Assembly: GCA_963708135.1 (NCBI GenBank)
Contig: OY970192.1
Coordinates: 4,640,001-4,704,000, forward strand
Direction: 5' to 3'
From: an uncultured Gemmatimonadales bacterium
GTDB taxonomy: Bacteria > Gemmatimonadota > Gemmatimonadetes > Longimicrobiales > RSA9
Length of the DNA: 64,000 bases
The notes beneath the pieces were generated by a model. That model searched no databases, had not been told where the DNA came from, and saw only the letters and a list, made by a program, of their open reading frames with translations. Positions 49,653 to 58,248 of the stretch are shown piece by piece; within the stretch, counting starts at the first letter, position 1, and each line of letters starts with the position of its first letter. The translations under genes and the position numbers were made by a program.

Positions 49653-49916
49653 ATGCCAGGAACCGACCGGCGAGAGGCCGCCTACAGCGAAGCCCGCAGC
49701 GAGCTGCTCCACGAGATGCTCCGCGGCGGCATCTTCGACATGGATGAGCACGAGCGAGGCGAGAACGTCTCGCGCATCGTGCGCCAGCTCCAGGAGAAGC
49801 ACCCCGAGCTCGACGAGCAGATGACGCGCCGCCTCGTGGGCGAGGGGATGCAGCGCCGCTACGGCGACGCCACCTGGAACGAGTCCGCCCGCAGTCGACG
49901 CAGCGCGCCGGAGTAG
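49653..49916 (+). CDS. small helical hypothetical protein (87 aa)
   Basis: AGGAGG SD, typical codon usage, charged helical sequence. Confidence 0.7.
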   Translation: MPGTDRREAAYSEARSELLHEMLRGGIFDMDEHERGENVSRIVRQLQEKHPELDEQMTRRLVGEGMQRRYGDATWNESARSRRSAPE

Positions 49917-50324
49917 CCGCGAAGCCCTGTCGCTCGGCGCGACCGGGGGGCGCAAGGGGCCGGACGGGCACGCCCCATAATCGGCGCCCGCGACGCTGTC
50001 CGGCCCACCAGTGTCCTTCGGTCCCTGCCGCGGCGTCGCGCCGCCCGCCGGGGCGGCGGCCGGACATTTCTGCGCTCCTGTCGCCTTTCCGCGGACGCTC
50101 TCGCACTTATGGCCACTATGCGGCCCAAACTGCCCCGTCGGCCCGCGCCGCCGTCGGCGTGACCGGATTTTGGTGCGCATAGCGACCATTTCTGCAAGCG
50201 CAGCTCCCCACCCCTCGACGATCCGGGAGTTTGGTCCGCCGGGCGCGCGCCGCGCGTGGCGCGTACACCTACACCCGGCCCGTCCCGCCACCGGGCGGCG
50301 CAAGCCAGCTCGCGTACCTTCCAG

Positions 50325-50390
50325 CGCATCTGCCTCGGCCGGAAAGAGCCGGATTCGGATTCGGATTCCGCTGCGCTGGATTCGGATTCG
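50325..50390. repeat. GGATTC-rich dispersed repeat, copy A
   Basis: 25-bp core AGCCGGATTCGGATTCGGATTCCGC is the exact reverse complement of 54552-54576. Confidence 0.8.
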
Positions 50391-50544
50391 TTGAACGGCG
50401 GGTGGGGAACGAATCCGATTCCCGAGCTCCGTAGGCAAGTAGCCGCGATCATCGAGTCCTAACAACAAGGCTCGCGAGCCCGTCGTCCCTCGCCCCGCTG
50501 TGGCGCGAGCACCTCGGCGCGCCCGTCACCGCGGCGGGCACATG

Positions 50545-52581
50545 CTACCTTCGCGGCCGGGCCGACCCTCGGTGGCTAAGATGCTTTCTATTTCTCCTCC
50601 GCCACTGCTCCAGCAGCAGCCCCCCGCCTTCCAGCACCTCCGCTCGCCACCCGGGCGGCAGCCAGGTCGTCGCGCTGTACTCGGTCACGACGGCCGGCCC
50701 CTCGAGGCGGTCGCCGGCCGCGAGCGCCTCGCGCGCGAGCAGCCGGGCGGGAACCGTCTCTCCCCGGTAGGCGACGTCCCGCCGCTCGTTCCCCGGCGTT
50801 CCTCGGCCGCCGCGGGCGAGGCGGCGCTCGGGCGCGGGCGGCGCCGGCGCCGTCGCCTCGACGCGCAGGGTGACGGCCTCGATCGGCGCATCGGGACGGG
50901 CGTAGCCGTAGCGGGCCTGGTGGGCGGCGTGGAACGATGCCCGCCAGTCCTCGGCGCCGACCCGGAGCTCGTAGCTCTGCCCGACGTAGCGGGCATCCAC
51001 CATGCGCCGGACGGCCAGCGAGGCGGCCGGGAACCCCTCCACCTCGAGCTGGCGCACGGCTTCCCCGGCGAGGGCATCGAGCTCCGCCTCGAGCCGCCCT
51101 CCCTCCGCTTCCTCGGCTCGGAGCAGCAGGGTGCGCGACACGTCCTTCCGCACCGGGGAGACGAGCATCCCGTACGCCGAGAGCACGCCCGGATCCGGCG
51201 GCACCAGCACCCGCGCAACGCCGAGCCTCGCCGCCAGCTCGGCGGCGTGCAGCCCGGCGGCGCCGCCGAAGGGGACCAGCGTGAAGTCCGCCGGGTCGTG
51301 GCCGCGCTCGACGCTGATGAGGCGAAGCGCGCCCTCCATGGCGGTGTCCGCCACCGCGAGGACCCCCTCGGCGGCTGCCTCGGCCGAGCGGCCGAGCGCG
51401 CCCGCCAGCGCCTCGAGGGGCGCCCGGACCGCGTCGCGGTCGAGGCGACGCTCGCCGCCCAGGAAGGCATCCGGGGGCAGCCGGCCCAGCCAGACGTGGG
51501 CGTCCGTGACCGTGACGTGGCGCCCGCCGAGGCCGTAGCAGATCGGGCCGGGCTCCGCGCCCGCGCTCTCCGGGCCGACCCGGAGCGCCCCAGCGCCGTC
51601 CAGCCGCGCGATCGAGCCGCCGCCCGAGCCGACCGTGTGGATGTCGATCACCGGGACCGCCACGGGCACGCCGCTGATCTGGAACTCGCGCGTGTGCAGC
51701 GGGCGCCCGGGGCAGAGCGACACGTCCGTCGAGGTCCCGCCCATGTCGAACGTGATGAGATCGTCGAATCCCGCTTCGCGCGCGCGCGCGAGCGCACCGA
51801 TGACACCGCCGGCGGGACCCGAGAGCACCGTGTGCACCGCCTCACGCCGCGCCCGCGCGACCGGAATCGCGCCGCCGCCCGAGCCCATGATTCGGACCCG
51901 CGCCGCCCCCGACTCCGCGTCCAGCCGCCCCAGGTAGCGGTCCATGAGTGGCGCCACGTACGCGTTCACGACCGTCGTCGACAGCCGCTCGTACTCCCGG
52001 TACTCCGGCAGCAGCGCGGACGAGACGGCGATCGGGACGCCGAGCGCCTCGAGCGCCGCCGCCACGCGCCGCTCGTGCGCGGGATCCGCGTAGCTGTGCA
52101 GCAGGCAGACGGCCAGCGACTCCACCCCCCGCAGGCGTGTCGCGAGCGCGTCGAGCTCCTGCGCGTCCAGCGGCTCCTCCTCCCGCCCGTCCGGCCCCAG
52201 CCGGCCCGACACGCCGTGCCGATCCGCCCGCGCCACCAGCGGCGGCGGCCGGTGCCCGACGAGCGCGTAGAGCTGCGGCCGGGTCTGGCGGCCGATCTCG
52301 ATGATGTCCTCGAAGCCGCGGTTCGTCACCAGCCCCACAAGCGCGCCGCGCCGCTCCAGCAGCGCGTTCGTGGCCACCGTCGAGCCGTGCACGAGCACGA
52401 ACGGCGCCTCCCCGCCGAGTCCCGCCGCCGCGCGCACCCGCCGCACCCCCTCGAGCACCGCCGCCGCCGGGTCCACCGGCGTCGACGGCAGCTTCAGCCG
52501 GTGCACCACGCCGCCGGCGAGGCAGACCACGTCCGTGAACGTGCCGCCCGTGTCGACCGCGATGATCGCTTGATCCGGCAT
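50545..52581 (-). CDS. hydantoinase A / 5-oxoprolinase family ATP-dependent subunit
   Basis: VDTGGTFTD, HGSTVATNALLE, LSGPAGG, FDMGGTSTDV, GPESAGAEPGP, FGGAAGLH. Confidence 0.93.
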   Translation of the reverse strand: MPDQAIIAVDTGGTFTDVVCLAGGVVHRLKLPSTPVDPAAAVLEGVRRVRAAAGLGGEAPFVLVHGSTVATNALLERRGALVGLVTNRGFEDIIEIGRQTRPQLYALVGHRPPPLVARADRHGVSGRLGPDGREEEPLDAQELDALATRLRGVESLAVCLLHSYADPAHERRVAAALEALGVPIAVSSALLPEYREYERLSTTVVNAYVAPLMDRYLGRLDAESGAARVRIMGSGGGAIPVARARREAVHTVLSGPAGGVIGALARAREAGFDDLITFDMGGTSTDVSLCPGRPLHTREFQISGVPVAVPVIDIHTVGSGGGSIARLDGAGALRVGPESAGAEPGPICYGLGGRHVTVTDAHVWLGRLPPDAFLGGERRLDRDAVRAPLEALAGALGRSAEAAAEGVLAVADTAMEGALRLISVERGHDPADFTLVPFGGAAGLHAAELAARLGVARVLVPPDPGVLSAYGMLVSPVRKDVSRTLLLRAEEAEGGRLEAELDALAGEAVRQLEVEGFPAASLAVRRMVDARYVGQSYELRVGAEDWRASFHAAHQARYGYARPDAPIEAVTLRVEATAPAPPAPERRLARGGRGTPGNERRDVAYRGETVPARLLAREALAAGDRLEGPAVVTEYSATTWLPPGWRAEVLEGGGLLLEQWRRRNRKHLSHRGSARPRR

Positions 52582-52688
52582 GCGCCTCGTGGCTGGTTGC
52601 AACGTGGGCCGGCCGCGCCCCGGCCGATGCCGGAAGGTTACCCGGCCGCCGCCGTGGCCGGCAAGCGCCGCCACGCGCGCCGCGGCCT

Positions 52689-52848
52689 GGATTCGGATTC
52701 CTTTGGAAGGCGGGAGGCGCGTGGGAACGCGAGCAGGATCGGGGAATGGAGGTCGCCGCGGGCATCGCAATCCCGAAGTTGATCGGAATCCGAGACGAAC
52801 GGCGCAGTGGCCGCGGTGGCGGCCCGACGAGATCCCGATCCTGCTCGC
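52689..52848. repeat. partial GGATTC repeat plus 15-bp perfect inverted repeat
   Basis: GGATTCGGATTCC at 52689; GCGAGCAGGATCGGG (52729-52743) / CCCGATCCTGCTCGC (52834-52848). Confidence 0.65.
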
Positions 52849-52995
52849 TATCCGAGATGAATCGGCATCGGGCCGGATCGGGATGCGTCGAGTGCGCGAT
52901 CGTTCTCGCGCGACCCGTCGGGCCGCGGCCGGACGCGGGAGCCCGTCCCGCCTCGCATTTGACTTCCCCCGCCCCGCCCCGGAGATTTCCGCCGC

Positions 52996-54486
52996 ATGCC
53001 GAGCCCCGCCTTCGACCACTTCGTCCGCCTCGCCGCGGGCGCCCGGCTCGTGCCGGTCTGGCGCGAGATCCTCTTCGACACGGACACGGCGGTCACCGCC
53101 TACGCCAAGCTCGCGCGGCCGCCCTTCGGCTTCCTGCTCGAGTCCGTGGTCGGCGGGGAGAAGTGGGCGCGCTACACCTTCCTGGGCACGAGCCCGCGCG
53201 CCGCCTGGCGCCTCCAGGCCGGCCGCCTGACCAGCAGCTGGACGCCCGCGGCCGGCTGGAGCGAGGCGCGCCGGGTCGAGGATCCGCTCGGCGAGCTCGA
53301 CGACCTCCTGCGCGCGCACACCATCGCCGACGTGCCGGGGCTGCCCCGCTTCATCGGCGGCGCCGTCGGCTACCTCGGCTACGACGTGGTGCGGACGCTC
53401 GAGCGGCTGCCCGACGCGCCGCCGGATCCGCTGGAGCTGCCCGAGGCGCTGCTCCTCTTCACCGACACCGTCCTGGCCATCGACAACGTCTTCGGGAAGG
53501 CGCTCGCCGTGGCGACGGTGGACACCCTCGGGGCCGACGCCGGCGAGCTCCGGCGCCGCTACGACGCCGCCGCGCAGCGCCTCGAGACGCTCGTGCGCAC
53601 GCTGCGCGACGCGCCTCCGCCGCCCGCCCTCCAGCCCAGCGCCGGAGCCGAGCCGAGCTTCCACAGCAGCTACACGCGCGAGCGCTACCAGGCCGATGTC
53701 GAGCGCATCCGCGAGTACATCCTCGCCGGCGACGCCTTCCAGGTCGTCCTCTCGCAGCGCCTGGAGCTCCCCCTCGATGCCGCCCCCTTCGACGTCTACC
53801 GCGCGCTCCGCTCCCTCAACCCCTCTCCCTACCTCTACTTCCTCGAGCTCGACGGCGTCTCCCTCGTGGGCTCCTCCCCCGAGGTCCTCGTCCGCGTCGA
53901 GGACGGCCGCGCCACCGTCCGGCCGATCGCCGGCACCCGGCCGCGAGGCGCCACCGAGGCCGAGGACCTCGCGCTCACCCGCGAGCTCCTCGCCGACGAG
54001 AAGGAGAGAGCCGAGCACCTCATGCTCGTCGACCTCGGCCGCAACGACGTCGGCCGCATCGCCCGCTTCGGCTCCGTCCGCGTAAGCGAGTTCATGGCCG
54101 TCGAGCGCTACAGCCACGTCCTCCACATCGTCAGCCAGGTCGAGGGCGAGCTGCGCCCCGGCCTCTCCGCCATGGACGTCTTCCGCGCCTGCTTCCCCGC
54201 CGGCACCGTCAGCGGCGCACCCAAGATTCGCGCGATGGAGATCGTCGATGAGCTCGAGCCCGTCCGGCGCGGCCCCTACGCCGGAGCCGTCGGCTACTTC
54301 TCCTACGGCGGCGCGAGCATGGACACCGCCATCGCCATCCGCACCCTCGTCGCCGCTGGCGGCCGGGCCTTCGTGCAGGCCGGCGCCGGCATCGTCGCCG
54401 ACAGCATCCCCGAGCGCGAGTACGAGGAGACGCTCGCCAAGGCCCGGGCGCTCCTGCGCGTGCTCGGATCGCTGCGGAGGGAGTAG
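52996..54486 (+). CDS. trpE: anthranilate synthase component I
   Basis: FLLES, GDAFQVVLSQR, NPSPY, IAGTRPRG, KERAEHLMLVDLGRND, PAGTVSGAPK. Confidence 0.92.
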   Translation: MPSPAFDHFVRLAAGARLVPVWREILFDTDTAVTAYAKLARPPFGFLLESVVGGEKWARYTFLGTSPRAAWRLQAGRLTSSWTPAAGWSEARRVEDPLGELDDLLRAHTIADVPGLPRFIGGAVGYLGYDVVRTLERLPDAPPDPLELPEALLLFTDTVLAIDNVFGKALAVATVDTLGADAGELRRRYDAAAQRLETLVRTLRDAPPPPALQPSAGAEPSFHSSYTRERYQADVERIREYILAGDAFQVVLSQRLELPLDAAPFDVYRALRSLNPSPYLYFLELDGVSLVGSSPEVLVRVEDGRATVRPIAGTRPRGATEAEDLALTRELLADEKERAEHLMLVDLGRNDVGRIARFGSVRVSEFMAVERYSHVLHIVSQVEGELRPGLSAMDVFRACFPAGTVSGAPKIRAMEIVDELEPVRRGPYAGAVGYFSYGGASMDTAIAIRTLVAAGGRAFVQAGAGIVADSIPEREYEETLAKARALLRVLGSLRRE

Positions 54487-54524
54487 AGGCCCGCGTGCGG
54501 GCAGGTGTGGGCGGCGGGGCGGAG

Positions 54525-54597
54525 CGAATTCGAATCCAGCGGCCGCAGGCCGCGGAATCCGAATCCGAATCCGGCTGTTGCCGCCGTGACAGGTGCG
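54525..54597. repeat. GGATTC-rich dispersed repeat, copy C (inverted relative to A)
   Basis: GAATCC x3 core plus ~20 bp degenerate flank homologous to 50325-50346. Confidence 0.8.
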
Positions 54598-54848
54598 TCA
54601 GGCCTCGAGGCCGTCTCGCCACCCCGAGCCCCGAGCCCCGAGCGATTCTGTAACACGACCGACGGCCGGAGCGAATCTGTCACATTTCCCCGACCTTGCA
54701 CGTTATGGCAGCGATGCTTCCGGCTGCCACCACCGTACTGGATGCCGCGCGGTCCGCCCCGCGCGGCGGCGGCCACAGGGGCTGGGCCGGGGGGCGAGAG
54801 GGCTCGGAACGGGCGCGGCCACGTCCCTTTCGAGCCAGGACGGGTTTC

Positions 54849-54877
54849 TTGACAGGGCTGGAAACCCGCGCTACTCT
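54849..54877 (+). promoter_or_regulatory. sigma-70-type promoter of TBDR operon
   Basis: TTGACA-17-TACTCT. Confidence 0.65.
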
Positions 54878-55031
54878 CGACCCGGCTTTGCCTCTTCTTG
54901 CCGGAAATCGCAGCTCGCGACAGGGCCCTGGTCACGGAGCCGTCCGCCGCCGCACAACGGGGGACGTTCGAACTCCGGGCCGGAGTCATTTCGGGACGTC
55001 AGTTCCAAGTTCACTCGACTGGAGGGACCGC

Positions 55032-58000
55032 ATGCGCATCTCAGTTCGGGGCACCGGGCCTCTGGCCTCCCTCGTTCTGCTGCTCCTGGGCCTGGCCATG
55101 CCGGCGGGCGCACAGCAGACGACGGGGAAGGTGCAGGGTCGCGTGACCGACGTGGGTGGCCAGCCCCTGGCAGGGGTGCAGGTCATCGTGGTCGGGACGG
55201 GTCTCGGCAACCTTACGGATCAGCAGGGCTTCTACTTCATCAACAACGTGCCCGCGGGCGTGCAGGACATCCAGGCCCAGTTCATCGGATACCAGACGAC
55301 GACGGTGCAGGGCCAGCGGATCACGGCCGGCTACACCACGACCGTGGACTTCAAGCTGGCCCAGCAGGCGGTGGCGCTCAAGGCGATCACGGTCCAGGGC
55401 GAGCGCAACCCGCTGGTGCCGCGCGACAAGACGGTCTCGGGCTCGATCGTGACCGGCGACATCGTGCGCCAGCTGCCCGTGGACAACGCGAACGCCGTGA
55501 TCGCCCTCCAGCCGGGCGTGATCAGCTACGGCGGGCAGTTCGTGATCCGCGGCGGCCGGCCGGGCGAGGCTTCGGTGTACGTGGACGGCGTGCTGGTCCG
55601 CAACTTCGACCGCGGTGAGCAGGGCAACGTGAGCGTGGACCTGAGCGGGCTCGAGGAGGTCAACGTCCTCACGGGCGGCTTCGGTGCCCAGTACGGGCAG
55701 GCGCAGTCCGGGGTGATCAACTACGTCACGCGGACCGGCGGCACGCGCACGAGCGGCGCCTTCAACTTCGGCACGGACGAGTGGGCGCCGAACAGCGAGC
55801 GGTGGGGGTGGAGCGTCCTGCACGCGAACATCGACGGGCCGCTGGTGAAGAACCTCCTGACCTACCAGATCGCGCTGGGGGCGCAGGGCATGCGCGACCG
55901 GAGCCCGCAGTTCACCGACATCGCCGGCCCCGAGGGGATTCCGGTCCAGCAGCACTACTTCCGGCCGACCGGCATGCAGGCGCTGGCGGGCGGCGATTCC
56001 GCCATGAGCTACGAGGAGATCACCGGCCTCGGGCCGCGCCGGCCGTACAACAACGGCGACGTCTACAACGCCACCGCCGGCCTGCGCTTCAGCCCGAGCA
56101 GCTACACCAAGATCACGGTGACCGGTGTGGCCGGCCGCAGCCAGGGGCTGAACTTCAACTCCGGCTACCAGTTCCGGCCGTGGTCGTTCGGCGCCTACCG
56201 CAACACCAGCGACCTGGCGCGCGTCGGCCTCGAGCAGATCCTCTTCCAGAGCGCCAACAGCCAGGCGGTGCTCCGGATCAATGCCGCCTATCAGAACGAC
56301 CAGCACCGCAGCGGCGTGCGCGCCGACACCACCGGTCTCGAGCCCTCCGGCCCGGACTTCCTCGGCTTCCGCTTCAGCAACTACAAGCTGATGTTCGAGA
56401 ACGTGACCCCGGAGATGTTCCTCACGCGCGTCAACTCGATCCGCGCGGGTGCCAGCGCCCTGCCGTTCTATCCGGCCTACACGCTCGACTGCGGCGGCCA
56501 CCCGTGCACCAAGGCGGAGGCCACGGACAGGTTCAACGGCGTGAACGGCACCGACACGCCCTACGGAATCCTCGGCCCGAGCCCGTTCAGGACGACCGGC
56601 TTCGGCGACGGCCTCTACTACTCCGGCGAGAAGACTTATAGCCTGGACGCCAGCCTCGACCTGCAGGCCGGCCGCTTCAACCGCATTGGCGCCGGCGTCC
56701 AGTACTACAAGAAGAACGTCGGCCACATCAGCGTCAGCAACTACAACACCACCTTCCAGGACGTCTACGCCGTCAAGCCGACGATCGGCGCCGGCTACCT
56801 GACGGATCGCCTCGACCTGGGCGAGATGGTGCTCGACCTGGGGCTGCGCCTCGACTACTACTCGAGCGACGCCAAGTACCCGGCCGCGCCCGGCGTCGTC
56901 TACCCGTTCGAGCCCGACGCCTCGACGCTGCAGTACTGCGAGTCGCCGCCGCCGGCCGGCCAGATCACCTGCACGCCCAAGCTGATCGGCCAGGACAACC
57001 TCTGGAACCTGAGCCCGCGTCTCGGCGTGGCGTTCCCGATCAGCGACGCGACGAACTTCCGCCTGAGCTACGGGCACTTCTTCCAGCTGCCCTCCTTCGT
57101 CAACCTCTACGATGGCATCAATACCGACCTCAACTCGACGAACACCAACCAGCTCTACGGCCGGCCCATCCCGGCCATGCGCACCGTGCAGTTCGAGGTC
57201 GGCGTGACGCACCTGTTCAACCCGACCACGGTGCTCGACGTAACGGCGTACAACAAGAACAAGCAGGCCGACGCCACCTACCGCATCCAGAACTTCAACC
57301 TGCCTCCGTCCTACGGCGGGCCGACCGACATGCGCGTCCTCACCAACCTGGACTTCGGCGCGGCCAAGGGCGTCAACGTCCGCCTGACGCGCCGCTACGG
57401 CCAGTTCTTCACGGCGATCCTGTCCTACAGCTTCCTGGACTCCAAGGACACCGGCTCCGATCCGACCAGCTACGTCTACACTTTCGGCCGCTTCACGGAC
57501 CCGGTGACCGGCGCGGCGCTCTCGCCCGCGCAGGCAATGCAGAACACGGACTTCGACATCAACCACCAGTTCACCATCGAGAGCACGGCCAACCTCGGCA
57601 AGGACGTGCTCAGCGGCACCGGCTGGAACCCGCTGCTCCGCAACACCAACCTGTCTCTCACCTTCCTCGCGCACAGCGGGCTGCCGTGGACGACCTCGAG
57701 CAGCGTGGGCGCCAGCGGCACCGGCGGCAGCGGCGCGCGCTTCACCGAGCTCCAGAACTCCTCGCGGATGCCGTGGTTCTCGAACGTCGATGGCCGCTTC
57801 ACGCGCGGCTTCACCCTGGCCGGCAGCCGGCTCGCGGCGTACCTCGAGGTCCGCAACATCCTGAACACCCGCAACATCACCAATGTCTACGGCTACACGG
57901 GCTCGCCCACGAACCCCGGCGCCCCGGCGGTGCTCACCGCCGAGCTGTGGAACGGGACGCCCAGCGGCCCCCTCGACGTCGGGACCGGAACGGCCTCCGA

Positions 58001-58187
58001 GCAGCTCCAGAAGCAGCGGCAGCAGCAGATGCTCGCCGTGTACGGGCTCGCGGACGCGGACCCGAGCACGCTCAGCGTGGCCGAGCAGAAGAACATCGGG
58101 CTGCTCCAGTACGTGAACACGCTCGGGCTGCCGGGCAACTACAGCGCGCCGCGCCGCTGGCGGCTCGGCATCGAGTGGACGTTCTGA
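55032..58187 (+). CDS. large TonB-dependent receptor with N-terminal carboxypeptidase-regulatory-like domain
   Basis: Signal peptide; TGKVQGRVTD; plug IRGGR..E...VDG, LTGGFGAQYGQAQSGVIN; SPRLGVAFP; terminal WTF. Confidence 0.9.
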   Translation: MRISVRGTGPLASLVLLLLGLAMPAGAQQTTGKVQGRVTDVGGQPLAGVQVIVVGTGLGNLTDQQGFYFINNVPAGVQDIQAQFIGYQTTTVQGQRITAGYTTTVDFKLAQQAVALKAITVQGERNPLVPRDKTVSGSIVTGDIVRQLPVDNANAVIALQPGVISYGGQFVIRGGRPGEASVYVDGVLVRNFDRGEQGNVSVDLSGLEEVNVLTGGFGAQYGQAQSGVINYVTRTGGTRTSGAFNFGTDEWAPNSERWGWSVLHANIDGPLVKNLLTYQIALGAQGMRDRSPQFTDIAGPEGIPVQQHYFRPTGMQALAGGDSAMSYEEITGLGPRRPYNNGDVYNATAGLRFSPSSYTKITVTGVAGRSQGLNFNSGYQFRPWSFGAYRNTSDLARVGLEQILFQSANSQAVLRINAAYQNDQHRSGVRADTTGLEPSGPDFLGFRFSNYKLMFENVTPEMFLTRVNSIRAGASALPFYPAYTLDCGGHPCTKAEATDRFNGVNGTDTPYGILGPSPFRTTGFGDGLYYSGEKTYSLDASLDLQAGRFNRIGAGVQYYKKNVGHISVSNYNTTFQDVYAVKPTIGAGYLTDRLDLGEMVLDLGLRLDYYSSDAKYPAAPGVVYPFEPDASTLQYCESPPPAGQITCTPKLIGQDNLWNLSPRLGVAFPISDATNFRLSYGHFFQLPSFVNLYDGINTDLNSTNTNQLYGRPIPAMRTVQFEVGVTHLFNPTTVLDVTAYNKNKQADATYRIQNFNLPPSYGGPTDMRVLTNLDFGAAKGVNVRLTRRYGQFFTAILSYSFLDSKDTGSDPTSYVYTFGRFTDPVTGAALSPAQAMQNTDFDINHQFTIESTANLGKDVLSGTGWNPLLRNTNLSLTFLAHSGLPWTTSSSVGASGTGGSGARFTELQNSSRMPWFSNVDGRFTRGFTLAGSRLAAYLEVRNILNTRNITNVYGYTGSPTNPGAPAVLTAELWNGTPSGPLDVGTGTASEQLQKQRQQQMLAVYGLADADPSTLSVAEQKNIGLLQYVNTLGLPGNYSAPRRWRLGIEWTF

Positions 58188-58196
58188 GACTTCCCA

Positions 58197-58227
58197 GCGG
58201 TGGCCGGGCTGCACGCCCGGCCACCGC
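58197..58227 (+). other. intra-operon 13-bp hairpin
   Basis: GCGGTGGCCGGGC/GCCCGGCCACCGC, no U tract; a similar hairpin lies at 61806-61831. Confidence 0.6.
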
Positions 58228-58248
58228 CATTCAAGGAGAAACTCCGAC

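Noticed and set aside
50347..50421. GGATTC arrays as possible CRISPR
   Set aside because: Hexamer tandem repeats without regular unique spacers; no cas genes
52746..52995. trpE leader peptide or T-box
   Set aside because: No short ORF with tandem Trp codons, no T-box consensus, no U-tailed terminator
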